Part shown: one piece after another, positions 27,961 through 41,014 of the stretch
How positions within the stretch are numbered: the stretch's first letter is position 1
How the letters are laid out: each line of letters starts with the position of its first letter
DNA from: the human T2T-CHM13v2.0 reference genome, Homo sapiens
Strand: one strand, 5' to 3'
Length of the DNA stretch: 64,000 nucleotides
NCBI RefSeq assembly: GCF_009914755.1
Contig: NC_060947.1
Program-made: the position numbers and the translations under genes
Notes under the pieces: generated by a model
The model's database searches: none
Told to the model about the DNA's origin: nothing
The model's input: only the letters and a program-made list of their open reading frames with translations

Positions 27961-29269
27961 TATGACTTCGTGCTCTTTTCTTAGCCCTTCCTCCCTCACT
28001 TCTGCCAAGTTCCCAAGGCTTACATGGCATCTGCCATGGGAAGTAGCTGTGTTCAGCTTTCCTGGGCTATGGGTCGCCCTCAGTGGCTGGCTGTGATTTT
28101 GCAGCCTGGGAAAGCCTTGCCCTCAGGCCCCCTTTGGTTTGGTTTCCACAGGCAGTCCTCGAAGGAACCTCCTCCAGTCCTTTGGAGAACACAGGATGGT
28201 TGGCACCAGTGCCTGCCTGTGGATGACTAAACCATTAGACCTGCAGGAACTCATTGCTGGTGTGGCAGCAGCCCCTTCTCCACTGCCTGGTGTGCTAGTC
28301 TTACCATCCCTTCCCCTGCCATCCAAGGGGGTCTAGCCAGCCAAGGGGGTCTCTTGCTTAACCTTGCTCAGACCAGCAGTCCCAGGCCAGTGGTCTGGGC
28401 TGAGGTGTGGTAGAAGATCCAGAGAAAATTAGAATCCCAGGCATGGGCAACCCACAGCATAAAGGGCTAAGGCTCCTTTGGCCAGAGTTCAAATCGGTTT
28501 GGTTCAGTGACTGTCACCTTGGAGCAGTACATTCTATAGCCCCATGCAAACGGGGCCCCTGCACCAGCCCCACTACTCAGGGGCCCCTGTGCTTTGGAGG
28601 GCCTTCCTCCTTGTGTTCTCATTTATTCTCTGGTGCCTAGTACAGGCCAGGGCTGGCAGCACCTCTCAAATGGAGTGCTCCGAGCCCAAACATGGACCCA
28701 TGCACACCCCAGTCTCTGTGCCTCCTCTTTGGGGCAATCTCTGGCTGGCATGCATGGAGTCGACCAGATGCCCTGAGGAGCTCCAGGACTCGCATCTATG
28801 GTGTCTTCCTGGGGTTCTGTGGCTGGGCCTAGTTCCAGGAGAACGATCTGGCAGGCAGATAGCTCCTGCTCACTGGCACAGTACTTTTTTGTGCAGGATC
28901 ATGAGAAAGATTAGGCTGCCAGAATGGTGCTAACAGGCTGATTTGGGGTGGCTCGAATTGTTTATATAGAAATGGGCCCAAGGCCCACAACACTCTAGGG
29001 GCAGTCCTTCTTTGGAACTTACAGAGTTAAAAGTACAAAATATCCAAGCTGCAAGGGAGTTTGGAAGCCATTTAGCCCAAGGCGTTATTGGTGTATATTT
29101 GTCATCATCCCCTTGCCCCAGAATCTGCCCTGGGCTGGCCCAAGCCTGGAGCTGCTGAGTTGGAGAGAGTAATAAACCTGGTCCCTGCCCTCTAAGGGCC
29201 TCCCAGTCTAATGAAAGACACAGACACAGAAATTGTCACTTAGAATAATGTATTTAAAAGAATAGCAGT

Positions 29270-29500
29270 AATACTGGTAGCAGATAGCACATACTGAGCT
29301 CTTACTCTGTACCAGGTACTGTGCTGTGTATTTGGCATGCATCATCTTATTATTTGCCCTCAATGAGTTCTGAAGTGGGTTCTACTATTATTCTTCTCTC
29401 ATGGAGGAGGCAACTGAGGCTCACAAATGTAAAATGGCCTAAGCATGAGAGTCAAGAGTCTGCCTCAGATCTGTCCAGCTCCACAGCCTGAGTTCTTTCA
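29270..29500 (-). mobile_element. MIR SINE
   Basis: TACTGAGCTCTTACTCTGTACCAGGTACTGTGCT ... GAGGCAACTGAGGCTCACA. Confidence 0.7.
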
Positions 29501-30769
29501 CACTCTCACACCTAAAGCCTGCAGAAACGGAGGCCAAATGGGGTAAGGCAACTTGCCCAGAAAGAAAGAACTTGAATCCAGTGCCCTCTGCCCTCAGCCC
29601 TGCAGGGAAGCCGCCAAGCCTTGCCAGAAAGACAGTGGCATGTGTCCACGATCTTGGCTCTCTTCTCCTGCCATGGTCTCATCACCTGGCACAGTCCCAA
29701 CCCCAGGCTGAGCCGAGCAGGCCATGTGGCTAGCACATCTCCCTTTCAGCTCTGCCAGGCCTGCAGCTGGCCCACCCCTTGCATGCCCCCTCCAGTGCCC
29801 AGCTCCCTCTCCTCGGCCAACGACGCAGCCCTCCTTCCGTTCAACATTCCTGCCAGCTGGTGTGTGTGCCCTGTACGAGGAGGCTGGGTTGCCATGGCAG
29901 CCGTGGAGAGCTGGTGTGGACGGGGGCCACCCTGGCGCAGGGTTCCTAACCTCCCTGGGAAGGGAGGCTGTGGCCCCGGGCCTAAGGAGTGCTTTAGCAG
30001 GTCACCTCAGAAGGCCTACCCCCACCCCGCCCTGGCCCTCTGCCCACACCGGGTGTGCTTTAAGAGCTCTCACTTCACAAGAAAGGGATGAGCTAGGGAG
30101 GAAAAATGCCCAGGCCCTTCAGAGCTCAAGCCCAATATAGCAGAACTAATTTGAAATGTCACTTAGGGCAGTCTCTCTCCCAGCCAGCGAAAAGCTGGTT
30201 TATTTACATAGTCGGCCATGGCAGGAGGCCAAGAACCCCACCATGCCAAGACGTAGGGGATGGGTGGCTGGGAGCCCCAGTTGTGTCCCCTTGGCCTGGA
30301 AACTTGCTGAAAACCACCATCTGGAAACCCCTGTGGGCAGAAGGGCCCCATGCATGCCTTCCCCGCTCCAGCCAGCACTCCCCCCTTTCAGGGCTGCAGG
30401 ATAGGGCAGGAACTACTAGTGACTGTCTTGGTGCCAATTCTGTGCCAGGCACTATGCTGCATGCTTGACACAGTTTTCTCATTAAGCCCTTGCCAAGCTG
30501 AGCGGAGGGGTTATTATTACCTCCATTTCACAAGTGAGCAAACTGAGGCCAAGAAGGATGTATGACTTTTGGGGGCTATAAAGCAAGTAAGTAAGGATTA
30601 CTTAACTTGCAGTTGGTATTCAAATCCAGGTCAGTCTGACTCCTGAGCCTATGTCTTGCCCCCTGCATCCATATTCTGTATCTTGAGTCCTTGGATCTCA
30701 CTGGCCCAGCCACCACCAAGGATGGGGCCTGTGGGAGCCACTGAGCCTGTGAATTGATTTACTGATGGC

Positions 30770-30934
30770 TTTTTTTTTTTTTTTTTGACACAGGGTCTTG
30801 CTTTGTCACCCAGGCTATGGTACAATCATAGCTCACTGCAGTCTTGAACTCCTGTGCACAAGCTATCCTCCTGCCTCAGCCTCCCAAGTAACCAAGTAGC
30901 TGGGACTGTAGGTGCACACCACTGTGCCCAGCTT
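30770..30934 (-). mobile_element. Alu monomer (FRAM or AluJ right arm)
   Basis: Poly-T then a single right-arm-type monomer ending CACTGTGCCCAGCT; degenerate TSD ATGGCTTTT / ATGGCCTTTT. Confidence 0.85.
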
Positions 30935-31369
30935 CCAATGGCCTTTTTAAGCAGAGTCCCTATAGGCTCTACTGGATTTCCCAGTGAGCCACTGGTCTAG
31001 GGACTGACAGGACTGGGGTAGGTCAGGGTGGACCCAGGCCCCTAGTAGAAGAATGGAAGCTCTTCCTTGTATCTACCTGTCTTCTTTAGTCATGAGAACA
31101 CCCAGGTCCCTGGCTGAGATAGGGCATGTAGAATTGACACTCTTATCTGTCTATACTTGACTCTGTCATGTACCAGACATGTAGCAAACATCTTCTGTAT
31201 GCCTGGAACTGTGCTGGACATTGGGAGGATGATGGTGAAAAAGACACAGTCCCTGCACGCACAAAGCTCCAACTCACTGTCCACAATAAGACACCAAAGG
31301 CTAACATTAAGTGGTCAATGCTAGGTGCTGTTTTAAGCAGCTCGTGTAGATTAATTTGTTATGTGTTTT

Positions 31370-31810
31370 TAAAATTTTTTTATTTTTAATTTTTGTGGGT
31401 ACATAGTAGGTGTCTATATTTATGGGGTACATGAGATATTTTGATACAGACATATCTAATGTGTAATAATCACATCAGAGTAAATGGGGTATCTATCACC
31501 TCAAGCATTTGTGTTTTGTGTTACAAGTAATCCAGTTATACTCTTTCAGTTATTTTTAAATGCACAATTAAGTTATTATTGACTATATCATGTGGTTGTG
31601 CGATCAAATAGTAGATCTTATTCATTCATTCATTCACTCATTCTATTTTGTTGTACCCATTAACCATCCCACCTCCCGCCTAAGCTCCCCACTACCCTTC
31701 CCAGCCTCTGGTAACCATCCTTCTATTCTCTATGTCCGTGAGTTCAATTGTTTTGATATTCAGATCTCACAAATAAGTGAGAACATGCGATATGTGTCTT
31801 TCTGTGCCTG
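31370..31810 (-). mobile_element. L1MA-type LINE-1 3' end, inserted in a MIR
   Basis: TTTTTGTGGGTACATAGTAGGTGT ... CCCTTCCCAGCCTCTGGTAACCATC ... AAATAAGTGAGAACATGCGA. Confidence 0.88.
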
Positions 31811-34800
31811 TTGTGTGAATTAGTTTGTATAATCCTTTTAGCAAGGCTATGTGATAAGTACTATTATTATTCACAGATGAGGAAGCAGAGGCATTGAGAA
31901 AAAAAGCATCTTGTCCAAGATCAAACAGCTAGCAAGTGACAAAGTTGGGGTTTAAACCCAGGTATACTGCTTTCAGAACCAAACTTCTGATCCAGCATTA
32001 TTGAGAATACAAGGAAGAGATCTGAATGTGGCAGCAAGAAGGCTCCAGACTAGACATAGAGGAGGCTTTCCAAGGCCACCGTGGCAGGCAGGCATGAGAA
32101 GGTGTTCACCAGCCAAAGGCCTTTCCTTGGGTACTTTTCCAGAGTGTCGACCCTGGGGAAAGGGGTCAGGGGTGGCTCAAGCTGCCTTCAGAGAAGTCTG
32201 ACCACTCTGTCAGATCTTGACTCCATTTTTCTTGGATTTCCTATTTTGGCTGCTTCTTGGAGGGGCCCACTGGAGAAGGGCCTACACTCAGTGCTAGAGC
32301 CCTGGGAAGAAGATGTGGCTGGGATCAGCTGGAAATCATTAAGCGACGTTGGCAGGGCAGACTGAGGTGGGGAAGGATATGAAGAAGGCCCAGAACCCAA
32401 GGCGGTGGTGTGGCAAGTGGCCAGCCAGCAGGCTCAGGGCTGATGGGACAAACATAGGGTCAGGTGGGGAGGAGGAACTGCTTGGCCCCAAGTAGAGAGC
32501 CTGCTCACTAAGTGGTCCTCCTCGAGGCTCAAGACCCAGGGAGCAAACATCTGGAGAGAAGGCTGAGAGAGGAGATGGAGACTTGACCTGATAGATGGGA
32601 AAGGGGTCTGAAGTTCTTTTAGAACCCAGGCTACTTGGTGGGTTAGGATACCCCGTCCACACTCGACTTTGCTGTATGCCTCCTGATGACTCATTTAGCC
32701 TTTCTGGGATTTCCCAAAGCAGCCCAGAAGGAATTAGAGAGAATTCAGTGGTGCTAAGGGCTAAGATGTCCCCTCCCCCTGCCCCAGCCCTACTGCCAGT
32801 GCCCACCAGCCATACAATTCCTCTGAAGAAAGGCAAGCAGGAGACTTGCCTTTGCTACTGCCACGAGCTCTGGAGAATTGTATCTGGTAAATGTTTCTTA
32901 ACCTAGAAACCGAGGGAGGAGTGGGCAAGAGAGAGGCTGCTGTGTGGGCAGGAGGCCCATCTAAGCTCCTCAGGCAGTTGGCTCAGAACTGGTGCTGAGG
33001 CCGCCTTGAGGAAAGGGGCAGCACTAGCTGGCAAGTTAGTGGCAAAGCTGCTGACCTCAGGGAATTGATCTGGGGAGAAGGGCAGAAGCTCAGTTTCTGC
33101 CTGACCCATCTAGAACTGCAATGAGTTCCACTGAGTAGGGAGACTGTGGGACATCTCACCAGAGGCCACTGAGAACTAAGAGAGGTGCCAAGTAAAAGTG
33201 GGCTTTGTCCTAGGATTCCTCTAACCTCCTCAGCTGGTTCAGGATCCCAGGGACCCGCAAGCAGTCATGGGACCAGCACCCTGCGGCCTCTGATGCAGGC
33301 CTGACAGCACCTCTATGGCCTTTAACAAGCAGGTGGCCAGCAGAAGGAGATCCAGGGCCTTAGTGAGCTGGGAGAATGTGCTGGAGTGACATTCAAGGTA
33401 CCAGAAATGTCATCTAGTTGCCACTAAGCCTCTGGGATGAATTTTGTAGGTCCCTGTCTCCTTTAATTTCACTCCTCTAACTCCACCAATGGCCCACTCT
33501 CCTTATACTCCTTCGGTGACTCTTCATTCTCCCCAACGTTCCCCACTCTACCATTTTCTCATGCTACCTCCTTGCATACTGTCTTCACATCCCGGCATTG
33601 GGATCAGCCACATTGACATGTGTATTTCCAATCCTTGCCCCATGCTCTGTCATCCCGAGTAGGCAGCCAAGAGCCAGCTGGGTCCCTGCGAGCCCTGTGT
33701 GAACAGGGCAGGTATATTCTGTGTCTCTCCATTTTAGCAGAGAGATGCCAACTTGGGCTACTGAAGGGGAGAAAAAGGACAGAGAAGGAAGGAGACCAAT
33801 GAAACAGGATGGAGCTGCTCAGCTGTACCCCAACTCTCAGCAGCCTTAGTTAGCAACAAGGGCTCTCAGGCTTATGGGAGCACATGCTAGAAAGCATGTG
33901 AGCATAGAACAAGGCTCTGCCAATCATGGGCTGGCAGGCAGCAGGCAGATGAGCTCAGGATTCACCTTCCCTACAGCTCCCCCTACCCCCAGCTTCCCAT
34001 GAAAGAACTCTTGCTGGCCCAGGTCCCAAAGTCCAGGGAAGCTCTGGGCACTGGGGGGTAACTGCCAGAACACTCTCCTTTCCCCCATCTTTGTGTCTGT
34101 TGATGCTAATTCCCCCGGCTGCCCATCTAAGAGCCCTGCTGTACTCCTCACTCTCCCCTTCTCACCCTCACAACCAATCAATCATAAAATCACCAAACCC
34201 TGCCCATTTCAACTCCTAAACCTCACATCTTTTTTTCCCATTCTGTACCTTTCACTATCACTAACCTAATCTTCAAAACAACAACACTATCTGTCCTTTG
34301 CTAAGTGCTTTAGATATGCCAGGTTCGATGCTAACTATTTACATATATTTGCCTCATTTAACACCCTTACAACAACCCTCTGTGAGCTGTACTACTTTAT
34401 TGGCTCTATTTTACAGATTAGGGCAACTGAGGCCCAGAGCAATGAAGTCCCGTGCTCAAGGGCATTCGAACTCAGGCAATCTGATCCCAGAGCCACACAT
34501 GAAGTCACGGTGCTCTCGTGTCCCCTCCCTGAACACTGATCTTACTGCCTTTCCTCCTCCCTCCTTACTGCTGCCAGGGTGGTTTCTCCAAAGCCCAGGT
34601 CTGATCATGTCTGTTGGACTCCTGGCCCAGGGCCCTGTTCTGGATTTCCTTAGAGTGTCCACGCATCCCTCCTCACTGCCATTGCCCCTTGTCCAGGCTG
34701 TCAGCATTTCTTGCCTTCCGACTTTTGCATTCCACTGTCAGCTTCTTGAGAGCTGGGGCTGCCTCTGTCCTGTTCACCAACAAAATATCCATCACACAGA

Positions 34801-34949
34801 TGAGCTGGATAAAAATTCATTGAGTCAACAGATGGAAGAACAGACTCCCTGTTTCCTGTCTTCTCCCATCCAATACCTTTGCCACACTATTGCCAAAGGG
34901 ATCTTTCCAAGTGTAGCCCTAAGCATGTCGTTCCTCTGCTGGAAATCCA

Positions 34950-35135
34950 TCACTGACAAATGTGACCCGCAGACTCTACTTCTAGGAATTTATCCTATGG
35001 CTACAAATGCAAATAGACAGATGCCATATGCACAGATTATTTATTGCCCCCAATGTAATCACAAATGATTGGAAATAACCTAAATGTCCATCAGTTGGAG
35101 ATGGATTAACTCTTGGACATGAAAAGAGAATGAGG
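34950..35135 (+). mobile_element. Old L1M(E) fragment, left part; host of two younger L1 insertions
   Basis: TGACCCGCAGACTCTACTTCTAGGAATTTATCCTA, TTGGAAATAACCTAAATGTCCATCAG; continues at 36853-36978. Confidence 0.7.
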
Positions 35136-36843
35136 TTCTAGATCCTTGAGGAATCACCACACTGTCATCCACAATGTTTAAACTAACTTACACTCCCACC
35201 AACAGAGTAAAAGTGTTCCTATTTCTCCACATCCTCTCCAGCATCTGCTGTTTCCTGACTTTTTAATGATCACCATTCTAACTGGCATGAGATGGTATCT
35301 CACTGTGGTTTTCATTTGCATTTCTCTAATGACCAGTGATGATGAGCTTTTTTTCATATGTTTGTGGGCCGCATAAATGTCTTCTTTTGAGAAGTGTCTG
35401 TTCATATCCTTTGCCCACTTTTTGATGGGGTTGTTTGTTTTTTTCTTGTAAATTTGTTTAAATTCCTTGTAGATGCTGGATATTAGCCCTTTGTCAGGTG
35501 GGTAGATTGCAAAAATTTTCTCCCATTCTGTAGGTTGCCTGTTCACTCTGATGATAGTTTCTTTTGCTGTGCAGAAGCTCTTTAATTAGATCCCATTTGT
35601 CAATTTGTCTTTTGTTGCCATTGCTTTTGGTGTTTTAGACATGAAGTCTTTGCCCATGCCTATGTCCTGACTGGTATTGCCTAGGTTTTCTTCTAGGGTT
35701 TTTATGGTTTTAGGTCTTATGTTTAAGTCTTTAATCCATCTTGAGTTAATTTTTGTATAAGGAAGGGGTCCAGTTTCAGTTTTCTGCCTATGGCTAGCCA
35801 GTTTTCCCAACACCATTTATTAAATAGGGAATCCTTTCCCCAATTGCTTGTTTTTGTCAGGTTTGTCAAAGATCAGATGGTTGTAAATGTGTGGCGTTAT
35901 TTCTGAGGCCTCTGTTCTGTTCCATTGGTCTATATATCTGTTTTGGTACCAATACCATGCTCTTTTGGTTACTGTAGACTTGTAGTATAGTTTGAAGCAG
36001 GTAGCATGACACCTCCAGCTTTGTTCTTTTGCTTAGGATTGTCTTGGCTATAAAGGCTCTTTTTTGGTTCCATATGAAACTAAAAGTATTTTTTTCTAAT
36101 TCTGTGAAGAAGGTCAATGGTAGCTTGATGGGAATAGCATTGAATGTATAAATTACTTTGGACAGTATGGCCATTTTCACGATATTAATTCTTCCTATCC
36201 ATGAGCATGGAATGTTTTTCCATTTGTTTGTGTCCTCTCTTATTTCCTTGAGCAGTGGTTTGTAGTTCTCCTTGAAGAGGTCCTTCACCTCCCTCGAACC
36301 AGAAATACCATTTGACCCAGCAATCCCATTACTGGGTATATACCCAAAGGATTATAAATCATTCTACTATAAAGATACATGCACATGTATGTTTACTGCA
36401 GCGCTATTCACAATGGCAAAGACTTGGAACCAACCCAAATGCCCATCAATGATAGACTGGATAAAGAAAATGTGGCACATATACACCATGGAATACTATG
36501 AAGCCACAAAAATGGATGAGTTCATGTCCTTTGCAGGGACATGGATGAAGCTGGAAACCATCATTCTCAGCAAACTAACACAGGAACAGAAAACCAAACA
36601 CCACACGTTCCCACTCATAAGTGGGAGTTGAACAATGAGAGCACGTGGACACAGGGAGGGAAACATCACACACCAGGGCCTGTCAGGGGGTAGGAGGGTA
36701 GGGGAGAAATGTCATTAGGAGAAATACCTAATGTAGATGACTGGTTGATCAGTGCAGCAAACCACCATGACACATGTATACCTATGTAACAAACCTGCAC
36801 ATTCTGCACATGTATCCCAGAATTTAAACTATAATAAAAAAAA
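35136..36843 (+). mobile_element. 5'-truncated, 5'-inverted (twin-primed) L1PA7/8-like LINE-1
   Basis: 35136-36294 is ORF2 on the minus strand; 36296-36843 is the ORF2 end, 3'UTR and poly-A on the plus strand; TSD AGAATGAGG at 35127-35135 and 36844-36852. Confidence 0.93.
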
Positions 36844-38318
36844 AGAATGAGGAAGCACTTTATATACTGACATGGAACAATCCCTAAATGTAATATTTGG
36901 TGAAAAAGCAAACTGCAGAATAGCGGCTATAGCATTCATATAAAATAAAGGAGGAAAAGTATATATAAATGCATTTGCGGGATTCCCAGGCAAGATGGCC
37001 AAATAGGGACAGCTTCGATCTGTAGCTCCCAGCGAGACCAATGCAGAAGGCAGGTGATTTCTGCATTTCCAACTGAGGTACACAGTTCATCTCACTGGGA
37101 CTGGTTAGACAGTGGGTACAGCCCATGGAGGGTGAGCAGAAACAAGGTTTCTGCATTGCCTCACCCAGGAAGTGCAAGGGGTCAGGGAACTCCCTCCCCA
37201 AGCCAAGGGAAGTCATGAGGGACCATGCTGTGAGGGACGGTGCTATCCGGCCCAGATACTATGCTTTCCCCCATGGTCTTCACAACCCACAGACCAGTAG
37301 ATTCCCTCAGATACCTACACCACCAGGACCCTGGGTTTCAAGCACAAAACTGGGTGGCCATTTGGGCAGACACCAAGCTAGCTGCAGGAGTTTTGTTTCA
37401 CACCCCAATGGCACCTGGAATGCCAGCGAGACAGAACTGTTCATTCCCCCTGGAAAGGGGGCTGAAGCCAGGGAGTCAAGTGGTCTTGCTCAGTGGATCC
37501 CACCCCCATGGAGCCCAGCAAGCTAAGATCCACCGGCTTGAAATTCTTCCTGCCAGCACAGCAGTCTGAAGTCAACCTGGGATGCTCAAGCTTGGTGGGG
37601 TGAGGGGTGTCCAGCATTACTAAGGCTTCAGTATGCAGTTTTCCCCTCATAGTGCAAACAAAGCCACCGGGAAGTTCAGACTGGGCAGAACCTACCACAG
37701 CACTGCAAAGCCGCTGTAGACAGACTTCCTCTCTATATTCTTCCTCTCTGGGCAGGGAATCTCTGAAAGAAAGGCAGCAGCTCCAGTCAGGGGCTTATAG
37801 ACAAAACTCCCATCTCACTGGGACAGAGCACCTGGGGGAAGGGGCAGCTGTGGGTGCAGCTTCAGCAGACTTAAATATTCCTGCCTGCTGGCTCTGAAGA
37901 GAGCAGTGGATCCCCCAGCACAATGCTCGAGCTCTGCTAAGGCACAGACTACCTCCTCAAGTGAGTCTTTGACACCCATGCCTCCTGACTGAGAGATACC
38001 TCCCAGCAGGGGTCAACAAACACCCCATACAGGAGAGCTCTGGCTGGCATCTGGCAGGTGCCCCTCTGGGATGAAGCTTCCAGAGGAAGGAGCAGGCAGC
38101 AATCTTTGCTGTTCTGCAGCCTCTGCTGGTGATACCCAGGCAAACAGGGTCTGGGGTGGACCCCCAGCAAACTCCAGCAGACCTGCAGAAGAGAGGCCTC
38201 ACTGTTAGAAAGAAAATTAACAACAAAAAGCAATAGCATCAACATCGACAGAAAGGATGACCATGCAAAAACTCCATCCGAAGGTCACTAACAGCAAAGA
38301 CCAAAGGTAGATAAATCC

Positions 38319-39293
38319 ATGAAGATGAGTAAAAACCAGCACAAAAAGGCTGAAAATTCCAAAAACCAGAATGCCTCTTCTCTTCCAAAGGATCACAACT
38401 CCTCACCAGCAAGAGAACAAAACTGGATGGAGAATGAATTTGACAAATTGACAAAAGTAGGCTTCAGAAAGTGGGTAATAGCAAACTCCTCTGAGCTAAC
38501 GGAGCATGTTCTAACCCAATGCAAGGAAGCTAAGAACCTTGATAAAAGGTTGGAGGAATTGCTAACTAGAATAAGCAGTTTAGAGAAGAACATAAATGAC
38601 CGGATGGAGCTGAAAAACATAGCACGAGAACTTCATGAAGCATATACAAGCATCAACAGCCAAATCAATCAAGCGGAAGAAAGGTTATCAAAGATTGAAG
38701 ATCAACTTAATGAAATAAAGCATGAAGACAGGATTAGAGAAAAAAGAATGAAAAGGAACGAACAAAGCTTCCAAGAAATATGGGATTATGTGAAAAGACC
38801 AAACCTACATTTGATTGGTGTACCTGAAAGTGACAGGGAGAATGGAAATAACTTGGAAAACACATTTCAGGATATTATTCAGGAGAACTTCCCCAACCTA
38901 GCAACACAGGCCAACATTCAAATTCAGGAAACACAGAGAACACCGCAAAGATACTCCTCAAGAAGAGGAAATCCAACTGCATGGAAACTGAACAACCTGC
39001 TCCTGAATGACTACTGGGTAAATAATGAAATTAAGATAGAAATAAATAAGTTCTTTGAAACCAATGAGAACAAAGAGACAATGTACCAGAATCTCTGGGA
39101 CACGGCTAAAGCAGTGTTTAGAGGAAAATTTGTAGCACTAAATGCCCACAAGAGACAGCAGGAAAGATCTAAAATCAACACCCTAACATCACAATTAAAA
39201 GAACTAGAGAAGCAAATGCAAACAAATTCAAAAGCTAGCAGAAGACAAGAAATAACTAATATCAGAGCAGAACTGAAGGACATGGGGATATGA
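38319..39293 (+). pseudogene. In-frame L1 ORF1(N-terminal ~214 aa)-ORF2(post-endonuclease) fusion ORF, 324 aa
   Basis: ORF1-like [15 protein letters not shown]...[11 protein letters not shown] joined via GNPTA to ORF2-like [18 protein letters not shown]...RAELK; expression not shown. Confidence 0.8.
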
Positions 39294-39393
39294 AAAACCC
39301 TTCAAAAAAATCAATGAATCCAAGAGCTGGTTTTTTGAAAAGATTAACAAAATAGAGAGACTGCTAGCCAGACTAACAAAGAAGAAAAGAGAG

Positions 39394-39823
<430 letters not shown>

Positions 39824-40185
39824 CTAAAAAATCTAGAAGAAATGAATAAATTCCTGGACACCCGCCCAAGACTAAACCAGGAAGAAGTCGAATCCCTGAA
39901 TAGCCCAATAACAAGTTCTGAAGCTGAGGGAATAATTAATAGCCTACCAACCAAAAACAGCCCAGGACCAGACAGATTCACAGCCGAATTCCACCAGAGG
40001 TAGAAAGAGGAGCTGGTATGATTCCTTCTGAAACTATTCCAAACAATAGAAAAAGAGGGACTCCTCCCTAACTTATTTTATGAGGTCAGCATCACCCTGA
40101 AAACAAAACCCGGCAGAGACACACACAAAAAAGAAAATTTCAAGCCAATATCCCTGATGAACATCAGTGTGAAAATCCTCAATAA

Positions 40186-40278
<93 letters not shown>

Positions 40279-40621
40279 TGAAAATCAATCAACGTAATCT
40301 ATCACTTAAACAGAACCAATGACAAAAGCCACATGATTATCTCAATAGATGCAGAAAAGGCCTTCAATCATATTTAACAACTCAATACTAAAAACACTTA
40401 ATAAACTAGGTATTGATGGAACATATCTCAAAAAAATAAGAGCTATTTATGACAAACCCATAGCCAATATCATACTGAATGGGCAAAAGCTGGAAGCATT
40501 CCCTTTGAAAACCGGCACAAGACAAGGATGCCCTCTCTCGCCACTCCTATTTAACATAGTATTGGAAGTTCTGGCCAGGGCAATCAGGCGAGAGAAAGAA
40601 ATAAATTGTATTCAAATATGA

Positions 40622-41014
<393 letters not shown>

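Noticed and set aside
28323-28352. Direct repeat CCAAGGGGGTCT x2
   Set aside because: Only two 12-bp units; ordinary micro-duplication, not an array
34298-35068. 256-aa ORF
   Set aside because: Non-ATG start; runs across MIR, L2-like and L1M relics; no recognisable domain
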